From Octopus sinensis (Eukaryota), in contig NW_021835350.1 of assembly GCF_006345805.1 (NCBI RefSeq), forward strand, positions 1 through 61,008: a stretch of 61,008 nt of DNA, written 5' to 3'. The notes under the pieces are model-generated. The model was not told the origin of the DNA. It made no database searches and worked only from the letters and a program-made list of their open reading frames with translations. Positions within the stretch are counted from its first letter, which is position 1, and each line of letters opens with the position of its first letter. Of this stretch, positions 15,066 to 28,370 are shown in pieces. The translations under genes were made by a program, and so were the position numbers.

Positions 15066-15068
<3 letters not shown>
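14761..15068 (+). mobile_element. Internally deleted Tc1/mariner transposon, probably DD37D/maT-like
   Basis: Starts TA|CAG; encodes [35 protein letters not shown] (N-terminal HTH-like) and, after a frame change, [12 protein letters not shown] (catalytic-domain VMVFG-like motif). Confidence 0.7.
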
Positions 15069-15129
<61 letters not shown>

Positions 15130-15269
15130 ATATATATATATATATATCTATATATATATATATCTATATATATATATATATATATATCTATATATCTATA
15201 TATATATATATATCTATATATCTATCTATCTATCTATCTATATATCTACATATATATATGTATATATAG

Positions 15270-15352
15270 AGGGGAGAGTTCACGAAAAAAACAAAAGACG
15301 AAGACAGGCGGTGTACAAAACAAACAGATTTATTAGTATAACGCTAGTATAT

Positions 15353-15414
<62 letters not shown>

Positions 15415-16260
15415 AGTTGTAAGCTACCATACGAATGGAAATATATATGAAAGAAGGTTTGAAAATGCAATTTTAAAGTTGTTTATTCATTTGACCGATT
15501 TCACTTTTTTAGAAAAAAGATTGTCAAAAGTAAAATGTAAATCTTTGGTATAAGCTTTGTACCAGTTGTCACAAAACTATTAAAATACATATAGACATTT
15601 TTTGATGATAATAAGAAAATGTTAAAAACAGTTTACAAAGAAATATCTGACAAAATGCTGATGAAGCACATTTCCTCCCCGTCGTTGTCTCAAAAGTAGT
15701 GTATCTGTCATACATATATTTGTCTACATCTCTTTTAGTCCTTCAAATCCATGTCACTGGACAAGGTCAGTAATTGGAGAATCTGGTATAATGTTGGCTT
15801 GTGCTGGTTTAACGGGCGTCAGGTGCAAGATTCCTTCAGTCTCTGCTGGAATTGGCCCTGAACAGACTACATTGCGTGCGTAAGAATTTCATTTTAAAGC
15901 GTTACGTAATTTGCGTATATCTTTCCGCTATCAAAGACTACCGTTAAATTTGTTGCATGACAAGATTTTGTGTTTCGTATTGTTGTTTAATCCCCTCGTC
16001 CTGGTAAGCTTTCTTTGAGCATCGTTGAACTTGGATTTAATCAACGATTAGATTTAACAGCACCATACTTATATTTTTATATGTATCAGATTCACTTCGG
16101 TTTAACGATGATAAAAATCCGTTTCTGCTCTTAAACTCAACATCTTTAATCATTTGAAATCACTTCCTCAACAGAATTTACCAGATTCATGTCATGTCCC
16201 AGGATTATTGAATTCGCTATTAATTATACGTCACGAGAGGATCCTTAATACTTATATTAA
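15270..16260 (-). mobile_element. Possible decayed Penelope-like element fragment with a terminal-repeat-like piece at 15270-15345
   Basis: Stop-riddled fragments loosely resemble a GIY-YIG C-terminus (NLIH, EEMCFISIL); weak, judged by eye. Confidence 0.3.
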
Positions 16261-17485
16261 CTCAATGTGTAATAAGGTCTTTCGCTTCTATGTTACCTTT
16301 TTTTCTTTTCATATACGAAGATTCCTCTGTGCCAATTAAATCCAATCTGCATAATTGCATTCCTCAATCTCATCGTTACGTCTTTGAATAATGATCAAAG
16401 AAATTGTTCAGAGAGCAGAACATTACAAATATAAGAGTTAAATGTGTGATTCTATACTGATGCCGCAATTTATGTAAAATTCGAGAAAATGGCATCTATT
16501 TCATTACAATGGCCGACTGATAATTCCAGAAGTTAGTAGTACATGATTAAATTTGATCATAAAGACTTTTAGTTACTCCAGATGGAGTCACATTTGCAGC
16601 AAAGCAAACGTATCCCTTTACATTATTGCATTACAGATTTCTCCGAAACGTATTCTTAATTGCAATGCCAAAGGGTGTGGAATGAACAATGTAGCAACAT
16701 AGAATTAATTCTGAGGAGAATTCAAAATTGTTCTCTTAACGTTAACACGAAATGATTATAATTCAGTTTTCTCTTTTATTGATTCAGATAACTATTTCAT
16801 TACAAGTAATAAGATCGATTTGCACAGTGGCATTTATAAATGAATTCCGGAATGAATATTGACGTGTAAATAGAACGCTGACGTGGTTATATGAAATGTA
16901 AGCATGTTGATCTGAGAAAAATATCGAAGGCTCAACAAATTAAGTTATCGATGACAGCAAAGATCTAATTTCTCTGATATTTTAAACTATTCTATAATGA
17001 TAACGTCGTTTCTGTAATTTGCGATGTAAGTTATTTAAATATATTCCAATATAATTATATTTCCTCTAAACAAAGCATTATTTCATTCTGTTTCCATCGT
17101 GAAGAATACAGTTATAAATACAGCCATCCACATATCATGACTATATATGTATGAGTGTATCAAAGTGTATGTGTGTGTGTGTGTGTGTGTGCGTTAGAAT
17201 GTGTGCGCGAGAGTGTGCTCAGTGTGTGTGTGTGTATGTGTGTATGTTTGTGGTCCTAATGTTTGCTAAGAATTCTATCAATTGAGTTAATATCGCATGC
17301 ATTTGGAAATGTTCGCGTAGAACGAAACATACGACCATGTGTGATGAATTAAACTTATAGTAATATAATAATGATATTCTTGACATCAAATTTCGAGGTT
17401 TCCTTGTAGTTTATGGCTTTACAAATACACACAAACACAGAAATATACATGAATATATATATGTAGGTGCATGTATATATATATA

Positions 17486-17537
<52 letters not shown>

Positions 17538-17687
17538 TATTAGAGGTAATGGTGTTAAGAAGACCCAAAGGTCTCAGGTAATGCAGAGTAAGTGCTATGG
17601 ACAGACTATAGTTAAGCTCCAGGTTCGGTAATTTTGAGAATGAGGAGTCCAACGTAGGTCATATATCAGCATGCGGATATATAAAAA

Positions 17688-18175
17688 AATAACAGAATGA
17701 AATAAAAATCCAAGGCTGTGAAAGGTTTCAGAACATTTATAAATAGAAGGTCTTACAGCTGTTTCCGGGATATTTTGTAAATCACTTCATCTGAGACGGT
17801 GTGAGAAAAAGGTTAAGAAATAGTTATTCTAGATAAAAAAAAAAGACCTTCGATTAAATAACACCATTTACTAACTCTATGCTTGGAATGACCAATTTTA
17901 AATATTATTGGAACTTACTCACAAGGTACAGGAATTTTAAGAATCGTATATGTATACCATTCTGCCTAAATAATGGAGCTGCAGACACAATATCCCTGCA
18001 TATCTCACTTCACTCTCTATTTCATATCTTATCTAGAATATCTATTGCTTAACCATCTTCTCACACCGTCTCCAATGAAGGGATATATAAAATATCCCGG
18101 AAACAACTGTAAGACCTCTTTATAAAGGTTCTGAAGTTTTTTACAGCCTTGGATTTTTATCTCATTCTATTAATT
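17688..18175. mobile_element. Foldback element with ~150-bp inverted arms, each with a hammerhead-like motif
   Basis: 17688-17838 is the reverse complement, with substitutions, of 18029-18175. Confidence 0.88.
18068..18115 (+). ncRNA. Type-I hammerhead ribozyme motif with degenerate core
   Basis: GTCT-CCAATGA-A-GGGATAT/ATATCCC-G-GAAAC-AACT-GT-A-AGAC; mirror copy at 17750-17797 (minus) has core CAGATGA and palindromic ACAGCTGT. Confidence 0.6.
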
Positions 18176-18200
18176 TATATATATATATATATATATATAT

Positions 18201-18466
18201 AGTATACATTTAAACCAGATGACCATAATCGGATATCTAACCCGCTAGAAGAAATAGTTAAAATCCAAACCACAATTAGGGGTAATTTCGAAAGGGAATG
18301 AAAAATAAAAGCATTTCCCTTGTAGATGATACATGGTAACTGTTTTTATTTTACATTTTTCATTCCCTTTCGAAATTACCTCAAATCGTGGTTTGGATTT
18401 GAACTACTCCTTCTAGCGGGTTAGATGTCCGATTATGGCCATCTCTTATGTGCTTAAATGTACACT
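18201..18466. mobile_element. Second foldback/MITE-like element with ~105-bp arms
   Basis: cataatcggatatctaacccgctagaag...gggaatgaaaaat at 18201-18308 is mirrored at 18357-18466. Confidence 0.88.
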
Positions 18467-18572
18467 GTATATATAATGAATAATATGTAGTCGATTGACT
18501 AGTTTTTCTACATGCTAGGCTACTGTTGTAAAAAAAAATTCTAAATAATATTTTACTACCCTGAAATTTATC

Positions 18573-18618
<46 letters not shown>

Positions 18619-19799
18619 CAGGATGTGTGTAAAATTGGTGTATTTTTAATGCAAAAAAATACAGTCGAACTGGATAACCTCTATTGATTTCCACGACATA
18701 TTTTCGTATATTAATATTTACTATTTGACTGTCTTGTCTCTGCATCTCAAGTTAGTCGCTTTCCTACAAACAGATTTCTGTACAGAAATATAACGCATGA
18801 ATCCACTCAACGCCAGCGACGTTCTATCCTTCCCACCACCACCTCTCTCTGTCTATCTGTCTCTGAATCTGACTGTGCTTCCCTCTCTCTCTCTCTCTCT
18901 CTTCATCTATACGAAGACGACTACTGTTTATTTTTCCATAGCTTCTTGCCTGTTATACTTTATCTACTCACCACTGACACACCAAGCCAGTCTTATTCTG
19001 TAAAGTGAGACTTCAATGGTGAACGTGACAATGTTGTCGCATTCACCAACGTTAGTAATAATCACTACTGATACCAAGAAAGCCACATACACCATGATCC
19101 TGCGCAACACACACCTACAACCCTAACTAATGTTGGGCCTCAGCCTCACCGAGCGATGCTTCTGGCAAAACGCTCTCTAAATAAGACGCAATGAATGGTC
19201 CTTTACTTGATGGCTTCGAACCCACCAAACAAATATTAATATTCGGGTGTGGACCACAAAGTGATATTGCTTTCAAGTTTGGTATGCTACTGTTGTTGCA
19301 TTATATTAGACCAGATGTCCTAGACCACATCCAAAAACTTGAACACAAAGGAACTTCTAGCTGATGGTCATTATGTCACTCGTAAACACACTCCTGCCAG
19401 TGGATCATAGACACGCTGTTTCCCTTCTTTCGCTGCCTTTTCTACCATTATTTTAATGATCATCTCTATTTCTCGAAGCAGGCCGGGCTCACAGTCATTT
19501 TCAGATAAAGTCACAATTCCTCCCGTCTTTATCCCTGCTGACACCAACACCAAACCAGACCCTGCGATTGCCACTGTTTGCCTTCGCGGTGTGTTCCCCA
19601 GAATTCTTTCCCTGTTCATGTAATCAGTTTCCTGTAGCTCTTGATTGTCAAATCTTCCTGAGAAACGCCAATGGCATTAGACTTACTGGTCGACAAGGAT
19701 CTGTGAATACCATGGCACTACAATATTCACCAGATCCACCAGGTAAAAATTTTAAAAAGCATTAACTCATATGGGCGTAGGCGTAGCTGTGTGGTAAGA

Positions 19800-20235
19800 C
19801 ACTTGCATCCCCACCACCTAGTTCCGAGTTTAACCATACTGAGGGGCACCTTCGATCTTCTCTGCTATAAACCCCGATCGACCAAATCCTTGTGGGTGGA
19901 TTAAGTAGACGTCGTATATATATCGTCAAACTCAAACACCTGCTTGTAGTTGCCTCACCTGTCTTTGTCTTTTGTTTTCTGCACATTTGAACTATATATA
20001 TACGTTGGCGAGGAGTGTCTTAAAGCATTTGTTTGTTTTTTCTCACCGCCGCTATATCACCCGTGTTGGTTTGTTTATATCCCCGTAGACTAATCGTTTG
20101 GCAAAAGAAAAAAGGGACCGGTAGAATAAGTACCTGACTTTAAAATAAGTCCTGAGATCCTTTTGTTCGACGAACTTCCTTCCAGGCAGTGCTCCAGCCT
20201 GGTCAGAGTCAAATGACAGAGACAAGTACAAAATA
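19800..20235 (+). mobile_element. C+D composite SINE with an unrelated fragment inserted at ~19920-19995
   Basis: C part to gtagacgtcg(TA)n; D tail ends ggtcagagtcaaatgacagagacaagtac. Confidence 0.7.
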
Positions 20236-20339
20236 AAACAGCTAAAGGATACGCGAATAACATACATATACATAAAAACATATATCACTATATAAATGTA
20301 TGACGAACGTTTGTGTTCACTAATATCTGTCCGTGTCTC

Positions 20340-20405
20340 TGTACAAATACATACATAAATGCATACATAATGCATGCATATATATACATAAATATATACA
20401 TATAG

Positions 20406-20445
<40 letters not shown>

Positions 20446-20550
20446 ATAGATATATATGTCCATCGATCTATGTATTTTTGTATATAAATATATGTCCGTG
20501 TGTATGTACAAATACATACATAAATACACGCATACATATACATATATATT

Positions 20551-20583
<33 letters not shown>

Positions 20584-20631
20584 GCATATATATATATATA
20601 TATATATATATGCATATACATATATATATAT

Positions 20632-20677
<46 letters not shown>

Positions 20678-20932
20678 CATAAAAATATATATATATGCAT
20701 TGTCGACGACTGAACGACTCATAAATACTATTCGTCTATACTTTTCGGTGGACAATAAAAATAAAACATTTATACCTTTTCCCATGGCGTTTCTCTTATT
20801 CTGTTTTTTTTATTAGTGCTTTTTATATATTTACTCAAAAATGGATGCATTAACTTCCTGACGTTATATTCATTTATATATACGCAAGCATACATACGCC
20901 CACACACACAAATATTACTATTATCATTATCA

Positions 20933-20985
<53 letters not shown>

Positions 20986-20992
20986 GTTAATA

Positions 20993-21058
<66 letters not shown>

Positions 21059-21135
21059 TATTATTATTACTATAGCCATTATTGTAATTCCAATTTTTTT
21101 TGTTGTTGTTATTATTATTATTATTATTATTTTAT
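20340..21135. repeat. (TA)n and (ATT)n microsatellites
   Basis: Direct reading. Confidence 0.95.
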
Positions 21136-21828
21136 ATAAAACTCGTCATATTACTATTTTGTCTTTAGTGTTTTGCATTGTTTTTTTGTTTTTTGTTTTG
21201 TGTTTTTTTTTTGTTTCGTGTCTTTGTATTGTGTTTTTGGTGTGTTTCGTTTCTTTACACAGACTTATGTCAATATCATCTAATATTTATCCTCCAATCA
21301 TGTGAGACGTAAACAAAGACCGTTTGAAAATTGAACCAATATCATAATTTATGACTTTGCTTTTATATATTTTTATTCATTTATTTATTGTTTTTCATTT
21401 CTGGTTGTTTAATTGTTAAAATCGTTATAAAGTCGAGTAAAAATGCCTCGTGAATTTGCTCGGTTCTCATTACGTTTTCGGTTCCAATTCTGTGGTAGCC
21501 ACGTTTGTCTTCCCTCTACTTCCGGTGTCGGTAGAATAAAGTACCAGTCAAGTGCTGACGTCGATGTGATCGACTAACACCCGACCATCCCCTCAAAGTA
21601 CCCGGTTTTATTTCTGAATCAGAAATATTTATTTTACTTTTACGTGTCGCAGTCAATGGACCGCGGCCATGCTGGGGCTCCACTCTCAACAAAGAGAGCG
21701 AGAGAAAGAGGAGAGTGTCCTGACAGACCGATTTGTCATTTATTGATCGCTCCTCAGAGACACTAGGAAATAATAACAATGTAAATACATCCTTTCTGTA
21801 TTAATGACGAGTAGAAAATAAAATGAAG

Positions 21829-22141
21829 AAGGCGGCGAGCTGGCAGAACCGTTAGCCGCCGGGCGAAATGCGTAGCCGTATTTCGTCTGCCGTTGCGTTC
21901 TGAGTTCAAATTCCGCCGAGGTCGACTTTGGCTTTCATCCTTTCTGGGTCGATAAATTAAGTACCAGTTACGCACTGGGGTCGATGTAATCGACTTAATC
22001 CGTTTGTCTGTCCTTGTTTGTCCTCTCTGTGTTTAACCCTTTCTGGGTAGTAAAGAAATAGGTATTTCGTCTGCCGTCACGTTCTGAGTTCAAATTCCGC
22101 CAAGGTCGACTTTGTTTAGCCCCTTGTGGGTAGTAAAGAAA
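21829..22141 (+). mobile_element. Family B SINE: head + body + internally deleted second body
   Basis: TSD tagaaaata(a/t)aatgaag at 21812-21828 and 22143-22159 encloses both units. Confidence 0.9.
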
Positions 22142-22989
22142 TTAGAAAATATAATGAAGAATTTCCTGAAGGACTGTGTACGGTTTATTGACTGTTATTT
22201 AGAGAAAAGATACTCGTTAGAGCAATAAGCTGCTGGTACTAAAACCGCTTCCCTAGATTCATTCTGAGTTCAAATCCTGGCAAGATTAACAATGCCGCTA
22301 ATCAAGCACTTGGTGCCAATATAATCGATTAAGCTCCGTCCTCGAAATTACTGGATTGGTTTCTAAATTAGAAAGAATTTTTTTTTCTTTTTTATTTTAC
22401 ATTTTCGAGTGTTTAATTGGCTAGACTAATTAGAGATGGGTATGTGTATGTTGAGGATATATATGAGTTTGTTTGGCGTACATATATATGTGTATGTCTC
22501 TGTATTGCTCAGAACGTTTGTAACTGTATGTATGCATGTTCTTAGGTGTATGTGATTGTGTGTGTATATGTGATAGGGTGCGTACACGTGTTTGTGTATG
22601 TCTCCGTTTTATATGTGTATGTATTCACTTGTGTGTCTAACTATGTGCTTATATATGGTGTGCCTATGTGTATGTGCTTAATGCATGGATGTATGCGTGT
22701 ACGTGTGTATAAGCCTGCATATGCTTGTATCTGTGTATACGCAAGTGTGAGCCTAAGCGGATGTGCGGATGTATTTGTACATATGTGTATGCGTGTGCCT
22801 GCGTGTACTTGTTAGTATGCGCGTGTGTGTGTGCGTGTACTTGTTTGTATGTCAGTTTTTAAATGTGTGTCTATGCATGCGTATGCTAAGCTGTACTTGC
22901 CTGTCTGTGTTCTTGTATGTGTGCACATATATGTAAGTCTGTGTAAGTTTGCAACTGTGTATGTGAATGAATGCCTATATATATATTCT

Positions 22990-23150
22990 TTTATTCTTTT
23001 ACTTGTTTCGGTCATTTGAGAGCAGTCATGCTGGAGCACCGCCTTTAGTCGAACAAATCGACCCAAGGACTTATTCTTTGTAAGCATAGTACATATTCTA
23101 TCGGTCTCTTTTGCCGTAAACGCAACAGCATCGGTTGTCAAGCGATGGCT
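22990..23150 (-). mobile_element. Family D SINE tail
   Basis: gcagtcatgctggagcaccgcctttagtcgaacaaatcgacc. Confidence 0.8.
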
Positions 23151-23525
23151 TAAGTGTGCAGGTGCGTTTGTCTCTGTTATATATCTTCCCTCTAATCATA
23201 TGACCAATATATAAGTATTTAACAATACCAAGCATTGTCTACATCTATATTAGCAGAAATTATACAGTAAGCACTAGAGGTTAGTAAACTTCATTACACC
23301 ACTTCAATATAACCATTATTCCTAATACTATCTTCTGTAAATTTAATACAATGCTACAAATTATCGTAAATGATGGTCTTTAATTTGATAATTCCCTCCT
23401 AGCTACGCAATCTTAAATAACCATCAACTTGTCATCGCTATCGTGTTCACGTTCCTATATGATTATTATAATTTTAATGCCACTTGCCAACTCCGAAATC
23501 GTTGTTTCTGGCGCTGTTGCTGTTG

Positions 23526-23892
23526 AGTGAACGGTCTTTGTCGCAGAGCTCGCAAGCTGAGAGAAGTCCGAAACGTGGTCCTTTGCTATCCGTGAGACCC
23601 GCAGAAGAGAAAGCAGGTCAAACCCCGACACCAAGGGCATCGACGGATGGCTGAACGCGCATCCAGGCTCAGCAGTGGCATAGGAAGTCGGGGACAAGAA
23701 ACAGGAAGAAAGAGTGAGAGAAAGTTGGGGCGAAAGAATACAACAGGGATCGCCACCACCCCCTGCCGGAGCCTCGTGGAGCTTTAGGTGTTTTCGCCCA
23801 ATAAACACACACAACGCCCGGTCTGGGAATCGAAACCACGATCCTCCGACCGCGATTCCCCTGCCCTAACCATTGGGTCATTGCGCCTCCAC
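23526..23892 (-). mobile_element. Family A SINE with alternative 3' half
   Basis: Same tRNA head as 6252, different tail; approximate 18-bp TSD ctgg(c/t)gctgttg(c/t)tgttg at 23508-23525 and 23895-23912. Confidence 0.88.
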
Positions 23893-24582
23893 TGCTGGTG
23901 CTGTTGTTGTTGTTCTTGTTGTTAAATAACAAGACAGGTAAGGGTGATTAGGTGATGGTCTAGGGCTTAGGGGCGGGAGACCCCAGACCTTGGGAAAAAA
24001 TAACCTTTGGTCGTCTTGCTGTAGTAGAGGGCTCTTTGTTGACGTCTGACACCACTGGAAGGTGGCCCTCGAATTCGCTAGAAATGGAAGTTTCCAGGTC
24101 CAAATTCTTGGACGGCTGTTGCTGGTGCTGATTTCCTGTATTTTTTGGCATAGCCAGTACCATTTTTGCAGGGTGGTATCATGTCTGATATCTTCTGATA
24201 AGGAATCCTGTTTCGAAATCTTGCAACAACTTAGATTCCACTGAAGGTGCTGGTGTTAAACAGGTGGACATATTAATCAGGGAACAAATGCAGTCTATCC
24301 GGCGGATTTCTACACCGTTTTCGCAAACTTTCAGAGGTGTCTAATAATTATTTCTGGTACTCCAATAAAAAAATAGTCTCTAAATTTGTGGTTCCTAACC
24401 TGTTCTGTACCCTGCAACACAAGGAAATGTTTGATTAACTTTTCACGCCACCGCAAAAGTAATTTGACATTTCAAGACAAAAAGCAATTTCCTCATAGCT
24501 AATTTCCCCACTTTTCAAAAAATTAAACAAGATACAGTGCTGTGCAAGAATAATGATAATAATAATGATGATGATGATGATG

Positions 24583-24638
<56 letters not shown>

Positions 24639-24639
<1 letters not shown>

Positions 24640-25175
24640 TGCAGTACCAGGCAGTGGCTCTCATGGCTTCTGATCTTAATTGATTGGAAGTGTTATCATG
24701 TATATGTTTTGTCTTGGTATAAAAGATGAGCTGCAGCAAATATTCTGCTCAATACCACAGATTTGTTTGTCAGTTGTTTGACCTTAACCAGTATAGCATG
24801 TTCCTTAGTTGCTTACTATATGTGCATCTCTGATCATGAGTAGAAGTAATGGGGTAGCATCATAGCCATATGTTGAGAAGAATTATTTGGCGTGTGAATT
24901 ATTCACCTCTGGAAACATCGGTATTTCGTTCAACATTATTAAGCAGCCTTCATTCAAAAACATTTTGAGTAGGATTGGTTACTCAACCTGAAGAAAATTC
25001 TATTTGGGCCCCACCTGGAAGGTCATGCGCTGTTTATCTTGATATGAGATCACCAAGTCGCGCACATATGGTTGTGATGCATGTGCCTGATGTACCCTTA
25101 TCAGACGGGTATTCATGATGGGCTTTGTACATTTGTACTTTGTCACTTGGGTGACATGCACTGCTCTCTCACTCA
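24639..25175. mobile_element. Interspersed repeat flanked by (AAT)n on both sides, possibly LINE-derived
   Basis: Non-simple block between two (AAT)n runs; resembles a common octopus repeat from memory; class not established. Confidence 0.5.
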
Positions 25176-25190
25176 ATAAAAATAATAATA

Positions 25191-25247
<57 letters not shown>

Positions 25248-25261
25248 CAAAAACAGCTACA

Positions 25262-25306
<45 letters not shown>

Positions 25307-25962
25307 TAATAATGCTTTTGGTATGTTTCATAGGGACAAAGTTATGTTTAGGATTCAGTTAATAACTTTTCACTGTCTCACGCTTTCAGTCTCTTTCTGT
25401 CTTACACTTTCATGAGATACGAGCATTCCGTGTTGGAAATCTTTGTAGCAAGTGATCATTCGAAATAGCAGCAAAATATTCCTCGGATTGCAATCAAAAG
25501 TTAAAAGGAAGAGGACGACATTGGTTCATATATTCATAAATACGCTTTATAAGAAAATATTCTCTGCATCTCTATCGAAACCATAATTACGAAGTGGTCT
25601 TGTATAGAACGACTTTGATAAGTCCATATATATCAGAGTTAATCCTGGACTGAATAACAACGACGTCGTTAATAGAACAACAACAACAACAACAACAACA
25701 AATGCTAAATAATATTCTCGACATTACGTTAATTGTTAAGCCACTAAGTAACATTCTGTCAATGATTCTTTCTTGGTCTGTGTTTTAACATTTCGAGTTT
25801 TACCTTCCTCAAAATGTCACATTTAATAAGATTTTCTTAAGCAACTCAGTCGATGATCGGAACAAAAAGCCGGTGTTTTCGAATTTGTCTGAGACTAAAT
25901 ATCTAGAACATTGATTGAATGTATCAGAAGGCTATTTGATAGCCCTGGTATTGAATGTGAAT

Positions 25963-26384
25963 AAGGCGGCGAGCTAGCAGAAACGTTAGCACGCCGGGCG
26001 AAATGCTTAGCGGTATTTCGTCTGCCGTTACGTTCTGAGTTCAAATTCCACCGAGGTCGACTTTGCCTTTCATCTTTTCGGGGTCGATAAATTAAGTACC
26101 AGTTACACATTGGGGTTGATAAAATCGACTTAATCCGTTTGTCTGTCCTTGTCTGTCCTCTCTGTGTTTAGCCCCTTGTGGGTAGTAAAGAATTAGGTAT
26201 TTCGTCTGCCATTACGTTCTGAGTTCAAATTCCGCCGAGGTCGACTTTGCCTTTCATTCTTTCGAGGTCGATAAGTTAAGTACCAGTTACGCACTGGGGT
26301 CGATAAAATCGACTTAATCCGTTTGTCTGTCCTTGTTTGTCTTCTCTGTGTTTATCCCTTTGTGGATAGCAAAGAAATAGGTAT
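25963..26384 (+). mobile_element. Family B SINE: head + two complete tandem bodies
   Basis: Second unit starts at 26198; 16-bp TSD ggtattgaatg(t/c)gaat at 25947-25962 and 26380-26395. Confidence 0.92.
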
Positions 26385-27902
26385 TGAATGCGAATACTAA
26401 TTTAATATTCATTGAAAACGCTGGCAAAGTTTTCAATATACGTTACAAATTTCCAGACCGTTCGCATGTCTGACTTTAAAAGAGGCATATTAAATGCAAA
26501 AGGGACAGTATAGAAAATTAACATTCATAGTTTATTTGTTTACGCTTTTACATTATATCATTTGTTTAAATTTGATTTTTTTTTATTTGTGTTACAATAT
26601 TCCTTCTTAGAATGATATCAGTGATATTTTATATCGATCGAATTTGTATTCAAACTTTTACTAACTAGTTTGTAAAAATATCTGTATCATGAGTAAATTG
26701 CATGTCAACGAAATTATAAGAACTTTGTAATACTCTGAGACACTATAGCAAGAAGAGAATTCGTGCATCATTTATTGTCGCTCATTGAAATATGCGTATT
26801 GTGTGTTTAGAATTTTTGGAAGTAAACTTGTAGCAGTTTTCGTGTTTTTTGTTAAAGCGCTTGTCTAAACAGAAAAGTTCAGTAGCGACACACTGTCACC
26901 CACCTTTGCAGGAGACTCTTGATGTACAGCATACGAGTGCTGAGTAGCGCAGAAGAATTGATCTACTGATGCAAAATGCGAAACAAAGCGATCGATAATT
27001 TCGTTTTACTCTCTGTCTCTCTTTTATTTTTTTCTCTCTCCTGGATTTAGTCAGTTGTAAACAGCATTGCTTTCATTACTTACCTGTGTAGATTACTGCT
27101 TTATGCTACCTCCCTCTGCAGATTAATTTGTATGTTGCTTTTGTGTCATGCTTTTTGCGTGTTGATACGTGTGTTTCTTATAGCTACGTACATGAATTCA
27201 TTCTCTATACATCTACACACATACGCCCTACCTTTCTTCGTAGTCTACTTGCGCGAATTATTTTCGTTCTTTGTTTACACGTATCGATTGCTTCTCTTCT
27301 GACATACCTACGTAGATTAACTTCTTTGTCGTTTTAGTGTTTACAGTATTCAGCTCTATGAATTATTACCTCGCTTCACCCTAATACTTTCATTACTTAC
27401 GGCCGTGCATGCATTCATTCGTTCGTTTGTTTCTCGAAGAAATTAATCCGTTATGATATAAACCAACCTAGCTTTCTATATACACTGCGTTTACACTCGC
27501 GTTAATTTCTTCCTATCGACTCTTAACGTTTTAAGTTCGATTGCCGCTGACGCAAACTGGGCCCTTCATCTCATTTTCTCCGAAGCCGTTAAGATAAAGT
27601 AAGTACCAGCTAAGTGCTAGGATTGGTGATGTCAATCATTACATCCCTATAAATCTGCTGGCCTTGTGCCAAGATCAAAAGTTACTATGTTTCGAGGCCT
27701 ATAAAATAAAGTACCAACAAAGTACTTGGATCGATAGATTCGTCGGACCCATTTCTCCGAAGTCTGCTGGTGCTCTGCCTAAACTGAAAGCATCAATTTT
27801 ATTATTGTCAATTCGCACAAACGTTAAAAGTAATGCACCTTGTTGTCACATAGCATTAGGATACTATCTCTGCTGCTTGAATTAGCATCTGATACATTTT
27901 GT

Positions 27903-27904
<2 letters not shown>

Positions 27905-27956
<52 letters not shown>

Positions 27957-28065
27957 ATACTACTACTAATACTACTACTACCACTACTACTACTACTAAT
28001 AATAATAATAATAATACTAATACTAATACTACTACTACTACTACAACTACAACAACTACTAATAT

Positions 28066-28098
<33 letters not shown>

Positions 28099-28155
28099 TA
28101 ATGATAATAATACTTACTAAATAGTAATAATAATAATAAAAATAATAATAATAAT
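27905..28155. repeat. (ACT)n/(AAT)n microsatellite
   Basis: Direct reading. Confidence 0.95.
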
Positions 28156-28370
28156 CCTGTCTACGATAGGCACAGGGCCCAGAAATTTGCGGTGAGTAAA
28201 TCAGTCGATCAGACCGACCCCGGTACACAACTGGTACTTAATTTATCGTCAAATGTAAATAATGTAAATAATGTTGCTCAAAAAGACTGGTACAAATATA
28301 AAAACAGAACATTTATAAAAATCATCATCGCTTGGAACTGCAAGAATGTTCCGCAGTGTTCTTGAAACAT

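Noticed and set aside
26985-26995. CTGAT-GCAAAATGC-GAAAC just upstream of this position
   Set aside because: Core lacks G8/A9 and there is no stem I
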